This document shows, piece by piece, positions 23,443 through 34,874 of a stretch of DNA of 64,000 bases (positions are counted from its first letter, which is position 1; every line of letters starts with the position of its first letter). Origin of the DNA: Cladosporium halotolerans (Eukaryota); assembly GCF_011745625.1 (NCBI RefSeq), contig NW_027191453.1:1-64000 (forward strand), read 5' to 3'. The notes below the pieces were generated by a model. The model ran no database searches. It saw only the letters and a list, made by a program, of their open reading frames with translations, and was not told the DNA's origin. The position numbers and the translations under genes are program-made.

Positions 23443-24612
23443 GAGTGGCGCGTCGAGTGGGCGCGGTCAGGAATTGACGATTCGTGCGGTTTTGAGGGGT
23501 TTGTAGCGACAGCAGTTCGAGCAATGGCGAGCGCGTGGTGTGGTTGTGGCCGCTATCGTGCTGACATGCAAGATGGATGCGCCGGGTCTGCGAGTCGTCG
23601 CGGCACGTTGCTGGGTAGCGTCACGACGTGGGGTGGTGAGCGGCGGGCCGAGGCGAGGTGGGATGAGACGAAAGAGAAGGATGTTGGATGAAGGCAGGTA
23701 TGTACAACAACACGACGGCGAAGGAGAAGGGGAGGAGGCAAGGAACGGCGTGTCGCAGCGTCAGGCGGTATCGAGGTGTGAGGGAGAGGAAGATGGACGG
23801 GCGGTGGTGGGTGTGGGCGTGAAGTGGAGGGCGCGCGGTGCCTGACGTACTCCGGCTTGCGCAACGAGCTGGATGGCTGGGAGCTCCAGCCTCCTCGACT
23901 TTCTCGCCCAAGACATCCCGCGTCGTGCCCATTGGAGCGCCGGCGAGAATGCGCTGCGGCTCTGCGCTGCCTGACATGCTGTCTTGAAGATCTACCGGTA
24001 CGCCGCATGCAATAGCCGTCGCGCATATACCCCGTCGTCAGTAATTCCGCACGCTGTCTCCGATGTGGCGGTGTCGTTCAGTGCTTGATCGGCTGTTGCG
24101 CTGCATGCACGAGAGGCTTTGACGGAACTCTCACCCTTCCCGCATGCACCTCTGCCGAGTCAATGCCCGCCTCGCACCCTCCGTCTAACGACCTGTCCGT
24201 GCGATCTAGTCGATTTCTGAGTCAAGATGACAGCAGCGATTGCGCATTCTCCCACGTTGTGACAATCCCCCGCCTCCACATCTTTGCTGCGAACGAGCAC
24301 CGGATGGGGGTGGGTGCTGCAAGAGCCCTGCCTTCCGAGAGGCCTCGATCCCTGTCACTGCAAGTGTATCCAAGGTTCGGCATATGGTTTGCGCGAAGGA
24401 ATTCTTCATGCTCGCGACTATATCGTCAGGATTGTAATGGTTATTCCAATCGCTATGCTGCTGATCTCAAATGCCATCTAGTCCAATGTAGATGCCCAAC
24501 TGTGCAATGCCGCTATTCTTCGCAGAATCCAACCCTCTTGCCGTATTCATGAAACGCCGTATATCGTCTTAAATGTAACCTGGTTGTTCCCAATAATGCA
24601 ACCCCACTGCTT

Positions 24613-26292
24613 TCACAATGCAATGCCAGTATCCCACCAGCTCATCCCGCTTCGCCACTCAACAATCCTGCCATACCAACACCAGCAACGTTCACCTTCC
24701 GGTCCTAACCCAAGGCCACGGAATATGCTGAACGGCACGGGCTCGAATAGCCAAATGCCACCTCTTGCAAAATCGTCGACCAGTAGAGGCGCCGTGAAGT
24801 ACATCCAGACCGCCACGATCACAAGATTCGCAGCCTGCCGAACCGATTTCGGAAAGATTCTGTCGAGCTTGAGTACCTGCACCAGCGCAGTCTGCACAGT
24901 GACACCCAACGCCTGCGACAGGAAGAACGCCAACGGTCCAGTGATCGGTCGCGTGTCGCCAAGCTGCGTATAGCTGCCCGACGCGTGCAGGACACCTGAG
25001 AGGAAGAACGCGACCCAAGTCGACACCAGCTTTCCGCCGACAGAGCGCGGCTTCAGGCCCAAAGATCTCACCAAGAAGTCTCCAGGCTGCTGGAACGCGA
25101 AGCGGAACGTCTGGTGCCACCACGCGCCCCACCAGCCCGCGAGACCGCTGTCGAGCACGTGAGTGAAGTCTCCGAACATGTCGGCCGGGTTCACCCAGGC
25201 TTCGCCGCGGACGCCGACGAATTTGGGGCCCAAGATGCCGACGAAGAAGACCGGTCCCATCTTGAAGATTGCCCAGAGAGCTAGATTGATGGCGCAGAGG
25301 CAGACGAGCAAGCGGTAATATTTCGTCAAAACGAAGGAATTCTTGATAAGATCCGGGAGGAAGTCGGGAGGAGGTAGGCTCATGTCACCATACCACATGT
25401 ACTTGTCGTGGATGCCGAGCGTCTTGATGGCATCAAGGACTACGTAGCCAATGGCGAGGTTGATCAGGCATGCTTTCAGCAGCGCGCGGCGGTCGCTGAA
25501 GCGCCGGATGCCTGTCCGGCTGACTTTGACGTCTTCCGCTTTTTCTATCGCTTCCGTGTCGCCAGATAGCTGTGCTTCAACCCAGGTGGGTGGTTTTGGA
25601 ATACCAGAAGATTGCCAGGTCCATCCCACTCCACGAAAGCTGCAGAAGACATCCGCGATCCAGTCTAGTCGCTCGATCATGGGTCCTTCAGGATACGCTT
25701 GCCAGATCAGCGGCCCTTGTCGCTGAGTCGGGCCCTTCGTTGCGGTCTCTACGACCTCTTTAGTCGCACGTCGTTGTCTGACAGCATTTTCGCCACCTGA
25801 CACCTCGGCAGACCCGTTCGCAAGACCCTTGTCTGCATGCCCATTCCCCTGGACCTTCCCACCACCAGCCAACGCCCGATCCTCAGCCCTCTCAATCCTC
25901 CTAAAATCCCTCTGGCAATCGTTAAAGATCATAATCGCCGCCGTCCACATGATCCCAAAAGCCGAAACCAAGCCAACGCCAAAACTCGCCGCCGGATTCC
26001 TCGCGCGGTTCGTCGCGATCGTCCACACCTGGAAGCAACACATTACACCGAACGCCACATAGCTCCCCAGCCTGCGGGCCCGCGAGCGCCGGTAGTCGAC
26101 CAGGAGAGCGGCCAGGACGAACAGCGCGCCGACGGCGGCGAAGGGATAGGTGAACGGGACCGCATCGCCGGCTTCGATCAGGCTGTAGTAGCGGTTGTCA
26201 TAGAATGCGAGAACGTCGCGGTGCGAGGCGAAATCTTTGGGAATCGGGAGGCGGGCTTGCCTGTGTGCGGCGAGCGTTTTGGAGTTGGCCAT
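24613..26292 (-). CDS. Wax synthase-like membrane-bound O-acyltransferase (MBOAT_2)
   Basis: 559-aa multi-TM ORF with SFRGVGW, GLAGWWGAWWHQTFRFAF and AFFLSGVLH (catalytic His), FFLSQALG. Confidence 0.88.
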   Translation of the reverse strand: MANSKTLAAHRQARLPIPKDFASHRDVLAFYDNRYYSLIEAGDAVPFTYPFAAVGALFVLAALLVDYRRSRARRLGSYVAFGVMCCFQVWTIATNRARNPAASFGVGLVSAFGIMWTAAIMIFNDCQRDFRRIERAEDRALAGGGKVQGNGHADKGLANGSAEVSGGENAVRQRRATKEVVETATKGPTQRQGPLIWQAYPEGPMIERLDWIADVFCSFRGVGWTWQSSGIPKPPTWVEAQLSGDTEAIEKAEDVKVSRTGIRRFSDRRALLKACLINLAIGYVVLDAIKTLGIHDKYMWYGDMSLPPPDFLPDLIKNSFVLTKYYRLLVCLCAINLALWAIFKMGPVFFVGILGPKFVGVRGEAWVNPADMFGDFTHVLDSGLAGWWGAWWHQTFRFAFQQPGDFLVRSLGLKPRSVGGKLVSTWVAFFLSGVLHASGSYTQLGDTRPITGPLAFFLSQALGVTVQTALVQVLKLDRIFPKSVRQAANLVIVAVWMYFTAPLLVDDFARGGIWLFEPVPFSIFRGLGLGPEGERCWCWYGRIVEWRSGMSWWDTGIAL

Positions 26293-27908
26293 CGCCGGGG
26301 TCGTATACGCGTAGCTCGATTGCCAGGGGTCTGGCTTATGTCGATATCATGGCCGAAAGAGCAAAGCTAAAGGGAAAGGAATGCAGGTGTCTGAGAGCGT
26401 CTGGTGGGCAAACACCAGCGCACCAAACACACTGCTCACACCCACACCGTCATTCAACGCCAGCCAACGGCATGCCCGCCAGACTTCTCGAATGTGACGT
26501 CTTCCACCTTGTGATCGACTGGCCACAGCACCAAGCTTCCGGTCCCGGGACGATGCGTCTTTGCCGCAGCTAGGCCGCTTGTGGATGGTCCAGCCGCAGC
26601 CGCATCCCGATCTGATGGTGCGCAAAAAATGAACAAAAATTCAAAAACATACAACAGGCGGGATTCCCAGATGGTCACCCACTCTAGTACTAGTCGCCCG
26701 GTTCAGTGCTTATGTATGGCAGAGCGGACGGGATGCCCAGTTTTCACTGACCTGTGGTCGTATGTGCTGGAGAAAAAGATATTGAAATTATAAATGTAAA
26801 TTTCGTCAGGTCTTCTCCTGGGATGCAACTTCGAGGGTTGGCTGCCGAAAGACCTTAATCTGGACAGGAATCCTTCCAGGCGTCTGCGGTGCAGAATGCC
26901 AGAGATGCTTCCTAAAAACATCAATCGCTCCGCTTCTGGATCACCTCATTTCATCGTATCCGTTTCAAGTCCAGAGAGTGCGTCTGGTTGCCGCTGGAAA
27001 CAGCTGAATTCGAACTTGTTTGAAAGAAATGGGATACCTACACGATCAGATTCCGTAGCCTACGGGACGAGATTGGATATATTGACATCAAGGATTGTGT
27101 TGGTATGAGGTCAACAAATATCGGCGACAACGAGCAATACTGAGGCCCCTTCATGCGTTTGCGTTTCAGGCTGAAAGCGTGGCACGTCCAAACATGCTAG
27201 TTCAGTCTAGACGAGGTTATTCCAGACGAGTGAAGACATCTCCTCGGATTCGGAGTCTGTCCCGAAGGAAATTCGATATTTGGAATTCGGCCTAATAACT
27301 CACGGCTCTCCAATTGTACACGCCTTCGAGCAACGTAGCACACACCATACCACTTGTGTCGTATGGGTTCTCTGGCAGCGTATCAATTGGCACCGCAATT
27401 CGAGATGGAAGATGTAGGCTGACCGCAAGCTGAACTTCGCAAAGGCTCTATTGAGTTTGTTGTCCAGAGATCGTGACGATACACCGACGTCACGGATTTC
27501 ACGAACGGTACAGCTGAGCTCTCGGAGTAGAGTCCAAGGTTTCGCTACTAGTTAATCATGACAAAGTTCTATGCAAAAGCTATATGTAGCTAACAGTGCT
27601 AGAGTGGTGGAGCAGGATCCCGCCTCCGCACGCCAGCCTGCCACCACGTCACGTCGATCAAACTCCAGGCTGCGCGCGATCAGTGAACGTGAGCAGTCTT
27701 CGCCCGTGCCGTTTCCGTTCCTTCAATGCCATGTATGTAGATCAAGTTTGTCGATCCCCACGCGTCGTCCTGCTTATGTAGCTCTGATAGTAGTCATTGG
27801 TCACAGCCTGACAAAACACGACCGAGAGCTCAGCCGTCCCGGTAAGACAGCCTTCCAATGGCGCGCAACTCGAGCCGCACTCGTGTAGAGAAACGTCACT
27901 TCAGTCTT

Positions 27909-27916
27909 CCGCGGAG
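27909..27916 (-). promoter_or_regulatory. Putative NirA/NIT4-type binding site (CTCCGHGG)
   Basis: CTCCGCGG on the minus strand about 140 bp upstream of the nitrate reductase-like ATG; TGATAG (GATA site) at 27785-27790. Confidence 0.4.
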
Positions 27917-28053
27917 ACGTAAGACAGCAAATATGCTGCTACGTCTTTCTCTAGCCACATAGCACCTTGCTGGCCCTGTTGCGAACTTCTGCTCGCGAAC
28001 GGTTTCTCTCAACTGGCACCTTTCCTGCTACCACTTCCTCCAACTTGTGCAAG

Positions 28054-31000
28054 ATGCCTCAGATACCATGGCAAGTGCACGTCCGCGATCATCCGGGTAG
28101 CTCTGAGAAAGACCTGCAAGCCGAGCCGGATTGGTCCGCGAACTCCTCGGAGCACCGCATCGGGTTCAAGAACAGGCAGGACCGCAGACCGGGTTTCACG
28201 CACGCGAACGATGAGCAAGACGACGATGTCCCCGACCTCTCGCGCTCTTCAAGCAGCGAAGGCGACTCAGACTACGAAGCGGAAGCCAAAGCGAAATATG
28301 ATGAACTTCTATCAGAGGAACATCAAGGCAAACTTGTCAACTTCCGCGATGTTGTTGAACATGAGCCGGATTTGCATATTAAACATCCCGAGGATCGACC
28401 GTTGGGTTGGAGGTATGTACTGGAGTGCTCGGAGGACTGGGTGAAGAATCAGGAGGAATGGCCGGCAAATGTCCAGAGAAGGAAGAAGAAGGAGGAGGTT
28501 CAGGCTGAGAAAGAAGGGAAGACGAGCGACGGCGTGCAAATTGCACGACGCGATAATCAGAAAGATGGGCCAGATGGTGAAGCCCAGGAGGAGAACGATT
28601 GGCGGCGTAAAGACGCGGGGAATCAGAAGCATCACGATGCCTACGCCACGGACGATGGACATGCAGGTTCCGGCAACAAGGCAGCATCACAGGATAAGTC
28701 AGACACGGAATATAAGAAGCTTCTCGAGAGGTACACGCCCCAGGAAATCGCTCTGTTACGTGCTTTGCAACACGAGAAGGACTATCGTCAGTCCCTTAAG
28801 CACAACGACGGGAAACGTAACAGTCCACAAAAGCACAATCGCAAGACGATTGCTATAGACGAGCAAGATCAATTCTCACCCGACAACTGGCTTCCGCGCT
28901 CGGATCACTTGATCAGATTGACCGGAAAGCACCCTTTGAACGCCGAGGCGGTGTTGGAGACTCTGTACAAAGGCGGCTTGATCACACCGAACGCGTTGCA
29001 TTACGTGCGGAACCATGGCGCGGTACCGAGGCTAATGTGGGAATTCCACAAGCTTGAGGTGGAAGGAGGAAAGCTGACGCTCTCGATGGATGAACTCAAG
29101 GACAATTTCGAGACGATAAATATTCCCGTCTCTCTGGCTTGCGATGGAAACAGGCGCAAAGAATTGAACATGATCAAAAAGTCGAAAGGCTTCAATTGGG
29201 GCTCTGGAGCGACGGGTTGCGCTTACTGGAAAGGTCCGCTGTTGAGGGATGTGCTTTTAGCTGCTGGCGTCGAAGAACCTCCAAAGACTGGCGGCGGCGA
29301 GCCTCGATGGGTGAATTTCGAGGGCGCAGATGAGCCTAGCGAAGGCAAATATGCGACCTCCATCCCCCTGGACTACGCCATGGATCCAACCAACGATGTG
29401 ATACTCGCGTACGAGATGAATGATGTGCCTTTGCCCCCGGACCACGGATACCCTGTTCGGATCATGATCCCTGGATACGTTGGCGGCCGATGCGTAAAAT
29501 GGTTGAAGAAGGTCTGGGTCTCCGAGAAAGAGAACGATTCGTATTATCATATCTGGGACAATCGCGTGTTGCCGAGCTTTATCACAGAGAAAGATGGCGA
29601 TTTTGCAACAACCATGTTCAAACACCCCGACACGGCTTGTAATGAGCAGAACTTGAACTCGGTCATCGTCAAACCCCCCCAAGGCGAGAAGATTTCACTT
29701 GATAAGGCGCGCAAAGGAGGCACATATCGCATCGAGGGTTATGCTTACGATGGCGGTGGACATGAGGTTCAGCGTGTGGAGGTTTCGCTTGACGATGGTC
29801 AAACCTGGCTTTATTGTATTCGCACATTCCCCGACTATCCCATCCGCCACGGCAACAAATTCTGGACATGGATACACTGGCACGTAGATGTCAGCATCAC
29901 GCACATTCTGCAGGCTAAGAGCATCTCGGTGCGCGCATGGAATGTCTTCAAGAACACGCAGCCAGAGCGACCCAGCTGGAACACCATGGGCATGATGAAC
30001 AACTGCTGGTATGTTGTCAAGCCTGAGGTCACCCAAAACGCAGATGATAACGATATTGCCTCCATCCTATTTCGGCATCCAACTGAGCCTGGTACTGGCG
30101 AAGGCGGGTGGATGAAGCCCTCGGTCGAAAACCAGATAATCAGCGCGAAGCAAGCAGCCGGTGCGCCCCAAAAGCAGTTCACTCGTCAAGAGATTGAGAA
30201 GCACGATTCCGAATCTGATTGCTGGATCGTCGTCGATGGCAAAGTCTACGACGCCACGTCCGTCCTCTCCTGGCACCCCGGCGGCAAAGCGGCCATCACC
30301 TCACACGCAGGCAGAGTTCACCAAGAAACCAGCGACGAATTTGCCAGCATCCACGACGACTTCGCTTACCAGAAGCTGCAAGAATGCGCGCTAGGTGTTG
30401 TCACCGAGAAAGCAGCAACCTTTATCAAGAACAACGCCGAAGCAGCAGCCAGAGAAAAAGCCGAAGCCGCAAAGAACAGAAGCGGCGATGTGACACTGCA
30501 AAAGCACAAATGGGTCCCCGTCACCCTTGCTTCTCGCGAGTCCATCTCTGACGACACGCGGAAATACATCTTCAATCTCCCCGAGGGTTCGAGCGATCTC
30601 GGCCTCAGCACCTGCCAGCACATCCAGCTTGGCTTCCATCTGCAGGACAGAATGCTTATCCGCTCCTACACTCCGACAGCGCCTCTATTCCCTGACACCA
30701 AAGACCAGCCTGGATCCGCCCAGCAGCAATCTAACAATCAGGTCGCGTCCCTCCGCGATGGCAATGGCACCTTCGAGCTAGTTGTGAAGACCTATCTCCC
30801 CACCAATTCCCAGCCCGGCGGCGCCATGAGCAATATCCTCGACACTGTGCCCCTGCAATCATCCTTCGAAGTACGAGGTCCGGTAGGCGAAATCGTCTAC
30901 CTCGGCGCCGGTCGCTTCGACATCTCGGGTGAACAGCGTACGTTCAAGAAAATCTCTCTCGTGCTCGGCGGCTCAGGAATTACGCCTGGGTACGCCTTGA

Positions 31001-31404
31001 TCGCACGCACGGTGCTCGGAGCGGGCAAGGAGGAAGCGGAGGTGCAAGTGAGGGTCGTAGATGCGAACAAGACGGAGGGCGATATTCTTATGCGAGAGGA
31101 TCTCAAGAAACTGGAGGATGAAAGTGGGGGAAGGGCGAAGGTGACGCACATTCTGAGCCATCCGAGTGAGAAGTGGACCGGGTTGAAGGGCCATGTCAAC
31201 GAGGACATAATCAAGAAAAATCTGTTCTCTCCGGATGATGAGAGCGCGGTGTTCTTATGCGGGCCGCCTGGCATGATACAAAAGGCTGCTTTGCCGGCTT
31301 TGAAGGGTGAGTTCTTTCGAGTAATGATTGTCAGAAGGTCTACGATGCTAACGCTTTTCGCAGATTGGGGTTACGAGGAAGATAAAAACTTGTTTGGGTT
31401 CTAA
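28054..31404 (+). CDS. Nitrate reductase-like molybdoflavohaemoprotein (Moco, dimerisation, cytochrome b5, FAD/NAD(P)H domains); in-frame intron 31307-31363
   Basis: RLTGKHPLNAE, HYVRNHG, LACDGNRRKE, DHGYPVR, GGRCVKWL; b5 domain CWIVVDGKVYD..HPGG; RSYTP, GGSGITP, CGPPGM. Confidence 0.92.
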   Translation: MPQIPWQVHVRDHPGSSEKDLQAEPDWSANSSEHRIGFKNRQDRRPGFTHANDEQDDDVPDLSRSSSSEGDSDYEAEAKAKYDELLSEEHQGKLVNFRDVVEHEPDLHIKHPEDRPLGWRYVLECSEDWVKNQEEWPANVQRRKKKEEVQAEKEGKTSDGVQIARRDNQKDGPDGEAQEENDWRRKDAGNQKHHDAYATDDGHAGSGNKAASQDKSDTEYKKLLERYTPQEIALLRALQHEKDYRQSLKHNDGKRNSPQKHNRKTIAIDEQDQFSPDNWLPRSDHLIRLTGKHPLNAEAVLETLYKGGLITPNALHYVRNHGAVPRLMWEFHKLEVEGGKLTLSMDELKDNFETINIPVSLACDGNRRKELNMIKKSKGFNWGSGATGCAYWKGPLLRDVLLAAGVEEPPKTGGGEPRWVNFEGADEPSEGKYATSIPLDYAMDPTNDVILAYEMNDVPLPPDHGYPVRIMIPGYVGGRCVKWLKKVWVSEKENDSYYHIWDNRVLPSFITEKDGDFATTMFKHPDTACNEQNLNSVIVKPPQGEKISLDKARKGGTYRIEGYAYDGGGHEVQRVEVSLDDGQTWLYCIRTFPDYPIRHGNKFWTWIHWHVDVSITHILQAKSISVRAWNVFKNTQPERPSWNTMGMMNNCWYVVKPEVTQNADDNDIASILFRHPTEPGTGEGGWMKPSVENQIISAKQAAGAPQKQFTRQEIEKHDSESDCWIVVDGKVYDATSVLSWHPGGKAAITSHAGRVHQETSDEFASIHDDFAYQKLQECALGVVTEKAATFIKNNAEAAAREKAEAAKNRSGDVTLQKHKWVPVTLASRESISDDTRKYIFNLPEGSSDLGLSTCQHIQLGFHLQDRMLIRSYTPTAPLFPDTKDQPGSAQQQSNNQVASLRDGNGTFELVVKTYLPTNSQPGGAMSNILDTVPLQSSFEVRGPVGEIVYLGAGRFDISGEQRTFKKISLVLGGSGITPGYALIARTVLGAGKEEAEVQVRVVDANKTEGDILMREDLKKLEDESGGRAKVTHILSHPSEKWTGLKGHVNEDIIKKNLFSPDDESAVFLCGPPGMIQKAALPALKGEFFRVMIVRRSTMLTLFADWGYEEDKNLFGF

Positions 31405-33224
31405 GCGATGTTCATACGCAAGCATAAGTATCATGGCAACTCATAACTTCGAGCTCTGCCCAGGCTGGACGGCATGTTTACTTTAAAGTGGCTCACCAGA
31501 GTCCCTGTGTAGACTGTATCCACTTTGGCGAATGCGAGACTGTCCTCTATCCTAAAGTCGCACGAGGACGCAGGGGAATATGCAAGCTAAGAGATTGAAC
31601 GATTCACAGCAAGCCGAAAGGTCGTTGTCTTCGTCCACGAAACGGCTTAGGAGCAGGTCATGAGCCTGCTTCGCGTTTGATAGGCAGTGATAGGTGGTAC
31701 ATGACGTTGGGTACCTGCTTCTCTGTGCCACCCGAAACGTTCGAGCCTTGAGATTCGTGCTGAGAAGCAAAGTCATTCTTTCGGCGTTCCTCGGCTCGCA
31801 CATCACGGTCTTCTCAACATCAGACAACGTGGCCAGGTCCGAAGTTGACGTCTAGGTAAAGATCACACTTTGCAAAGCGATGGCTTTTGGAAGGATCGAT
31901 CGAAAGAACCAGAGGCTTCGGAAGCAAGGATGGCAGAGCTGAGGCGGATGACGAGCCATACCGTTCATGCCTATAAGTCCGATGAGGGGGCGTCTGCGGG
32001 TCGTGGTGATTTGACATTAGCCTCAAGATTTAGCCAGCCGCGGCGCATTGCGTGGCACCCCGGTCTTTGTTGGCACGCTCGAGCGTATGGCTGTGAGACT
32101 CCTTCGATACTAAAGTTATCAGCCGCGCCGTCGTCTACACCGAGAGGCAGCTTGGAATCGCTTCCATGTATGTAAGAAGTATTTATATCCGCTTTCCAAG
32201 TTAGCAGCCATGCGGAGATTATGCCTAATCTCACTGAGCTGAGCATGAGTAGCGGACGCCGACCTTGAAAATCTCATCATGAGCGACGCATACCATTCTG
32301 CAGGCTCAGCCAAGAATCTCAGACGAACACTTGAAATGCAAGGGCACGTTTCGACTTTGAAGCCTTTCCATCAGTGGCTTCAGAAGCACATTAGGTGAAG
32401 GTTGGCAGCGTCTGGTCGAATATCGAGCCACCAACATCGACGTTGCAGCCAACACTGCCTCAATCAATCCCCGCGATCCTTCTCGCTTATTTGGACGACA
32501 TGTAATCGACTTCAAAGATCCTTCGCCCCGGCCGGATTTGAGGATTGGAGCTCCGAGTCTGCCATGCTGACAGGATGATCCCAGATCTAGGAACGCCAGA
32601 TCTGTACTCGCGAATGGCTATTGCCAACCCGGCTCCCGGATCACCATAGCGTGGACTCGTGACGATTTGCATTCACCCTTCTAGGATTCTTAAGGCGTGC
32701 CACTCAACACGCACGCCTTCGCGAGAAGGACCTGGTTCCAACACACGGAACAGCAGGCCGCCAACCAACATCTCTGGAGCCTCACACAGATGTCACCATC
32801 GTCCAAGCCAAATGCTACCGAGTGCTGGCACCCTTGTCCGCCTCGCGCGATCCATACCTGCGCGCCTACACCGGAGATGGATGGCCGAGAGCTCATTAGT
32901 TGCGGTCGAAAGTGCGATTGCTCGATCCGACTTAGTCCAACGACAACGCGAACAAGATGGCTGAACCACGAGGATGTTCCGGCGGACTTGTATGAACCCG
33001 TACTCCTATATAGTTCGGTGCTGGGCCCCAGCTCCTGGGTCGACCACAAGCACAACCAGATTCCGTGAGTCCCAGTCCTCTGGTCTTGTCTGACCAGCAA
33101 TCACTGACCAGCAGATAGGCATCATCCTTCGCCCGCAGTCCATCGAAATCACACATTGACTGTACGACCCGGTACCCGAAATGCGCACCACGCAACCATA
33201 CCGACCACTGACAGCATCCAGACC

Positions 33225-34245
33225 ATGAACCCAACGACCAAACTCGGCCTGGCCGCGAGCCTCCTCCTGGCCCTGCTCGCCCAGCACGCATCCGCAGTCG
33301 ACGCGACGAGCAACCCCGAGCTGATCTCCAAACTCATCACGTCCAACAGCCAGCTCGACCGCCTAGCCCTGCTCGGCAGCAACGAAGACTGGTTCTTCGA
33401 CTTCACCACGCAGCAGCCCAACTACAACTTCGCGCCCGGCGGCGTCGTCAACATGAACGCCGCCACCTTCCCCGCCGCAAAAGGCAACGACATGACCCGT
33501 GGGTCCCCCTGCCCGGACAATCTCGCGCTTCTTATCTCACCCCATCCCATCGTACAAAAAAAAATATGCACAGACTGACTCCCGCACCCAGTGGCCATGC
33601 TGAACCTAGGCCCCTGCTCGATGCTGCCGATGCACTACCACGCGCGCGCGGCGAACTTCGTCGTCGCCGTCAAGGGCAACACGACGACGTACATGTGGGC
33701 GGAGAACGGCGCGCGGCTGGTGACGGAGGACCTGGGCCCGGGCCAGGCGACGGTTTTCCCGAGGGCCTCGGTGCACATGATGGTGAACACGGGTGCGTTT
33801 TCTGTTCTGTCCTCCCCTGGTTTTTTGTGTATGAGTTTGGCCCTGGCGTGTTGCCACCGCTGCGACGCGAGGGCGCGCGCGCCAGTCGTGCCACGGCGAG
33901 GAGGTGCTGGTGCGCGCGCGTGTCGGGTGGTGTCACTCGTCGCGCCCGAAGCAAAAAACTACGGCTACGAGCGCTGCTTTGTGAATGCATTGGCACTGAC
34001 GTCCTCTAGGCTGCGAAGACGCCCAGCTCGTCTCGGCGCTCAACAGCGACGACGCCGGCACGACGAACCTCAACCAGATGTTCGCGAACGGCTTCCCCTA
34101 CGAGCTGGTCAACGCGGCGCTGGGGCAGGACGTCGCGAGCGACGAGGTGAAAGGCAGGATCCCGCCCGTCGGCACGGGCTCGAATTGGGGGCCGGAGAGT
34201 TGCTTGAGGAGGTGTGGGGTTGTGAAGCCGGGGGCGTATGAGTAG
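33225..34245 (+). CDS. Secreted spherulin/germin-like cupin; introns 33499-33591 and 33793-34009
   Basis: Signal peptide MNPTTKLGLAASLLLALLAQHASA; FFDF, NAATFPA, LGPCSMLPMHYHARA, VFPRASVH, NTGCEDAQLVSALNSDDAGT; ends CLRRCGVVKPGAYE*. Confidence 0.88.
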
Positions 34246-34874
34246 GTTTGCTGTCGGTGGCGTTTATTGACTTCTGTCTGTGAGTGGGGTGCGATTTAGA
34301 GGGTGAGAGGGGAGGGCTCGATGCCTTTGCTGTGGGTCTGAGAGGGGGCGCGATGTCGCGGGGGGCTTGTGTTTCGGCGGAACTTCTTTCGACAGTAGGA
34401 CATTCGTTTGATACCTGTGATCTTTCCGTTTCGTCACGGACCCTTTGGTCAAACGTTACCTGGGTGCAAACCAAAAAGGGAATTGGAGACAGGTCGCTTC
34501 GAGTACGCTTTGAATTTTCTTGGGTATCTCGTTGGGTCGTGGTCTATCATGTTATGCTATGCGAGTATATGCAAACCAATCGTCCGTGTAGAAAAGACTT
34601 GATTGGAAGATGCAGGCATACCGTCGCGGAGAATTGGTCGGTCGTTGCTGCTGGAGCGACGTGCTGACCAGGTGTCATCGACATCCACGCACCCTGTGAG
34701 CGCAACCATGCCTTTGCTGGCAGCAGTCCGGTGACATTTCCTGCGTAGCGCTCGTGTAACATTTTCTGACGCGCCAGGTCGCACATGTGGGTTTCCAAGG
34801 CAGGTTTTTCTCCGAGCAAAAGCACGACTCGGTCCTGGCTGGGTCGTTCTGGCCAAGGGGCCTCCTCTATTTCC

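Noticed and set aside
31450..33150. Several short ORFs between the NR-like and cupin genes
   Set aside because: No codon bias, motifs or convincing splice structure; treated as intergenic.
24613..34245. MBOAT, NR-like and cupin genes as a metabolic gene cluster
   Set aside because: No backbone enzyme, pathway regulator or coherent chemistry; adjacency alone is insufficient.
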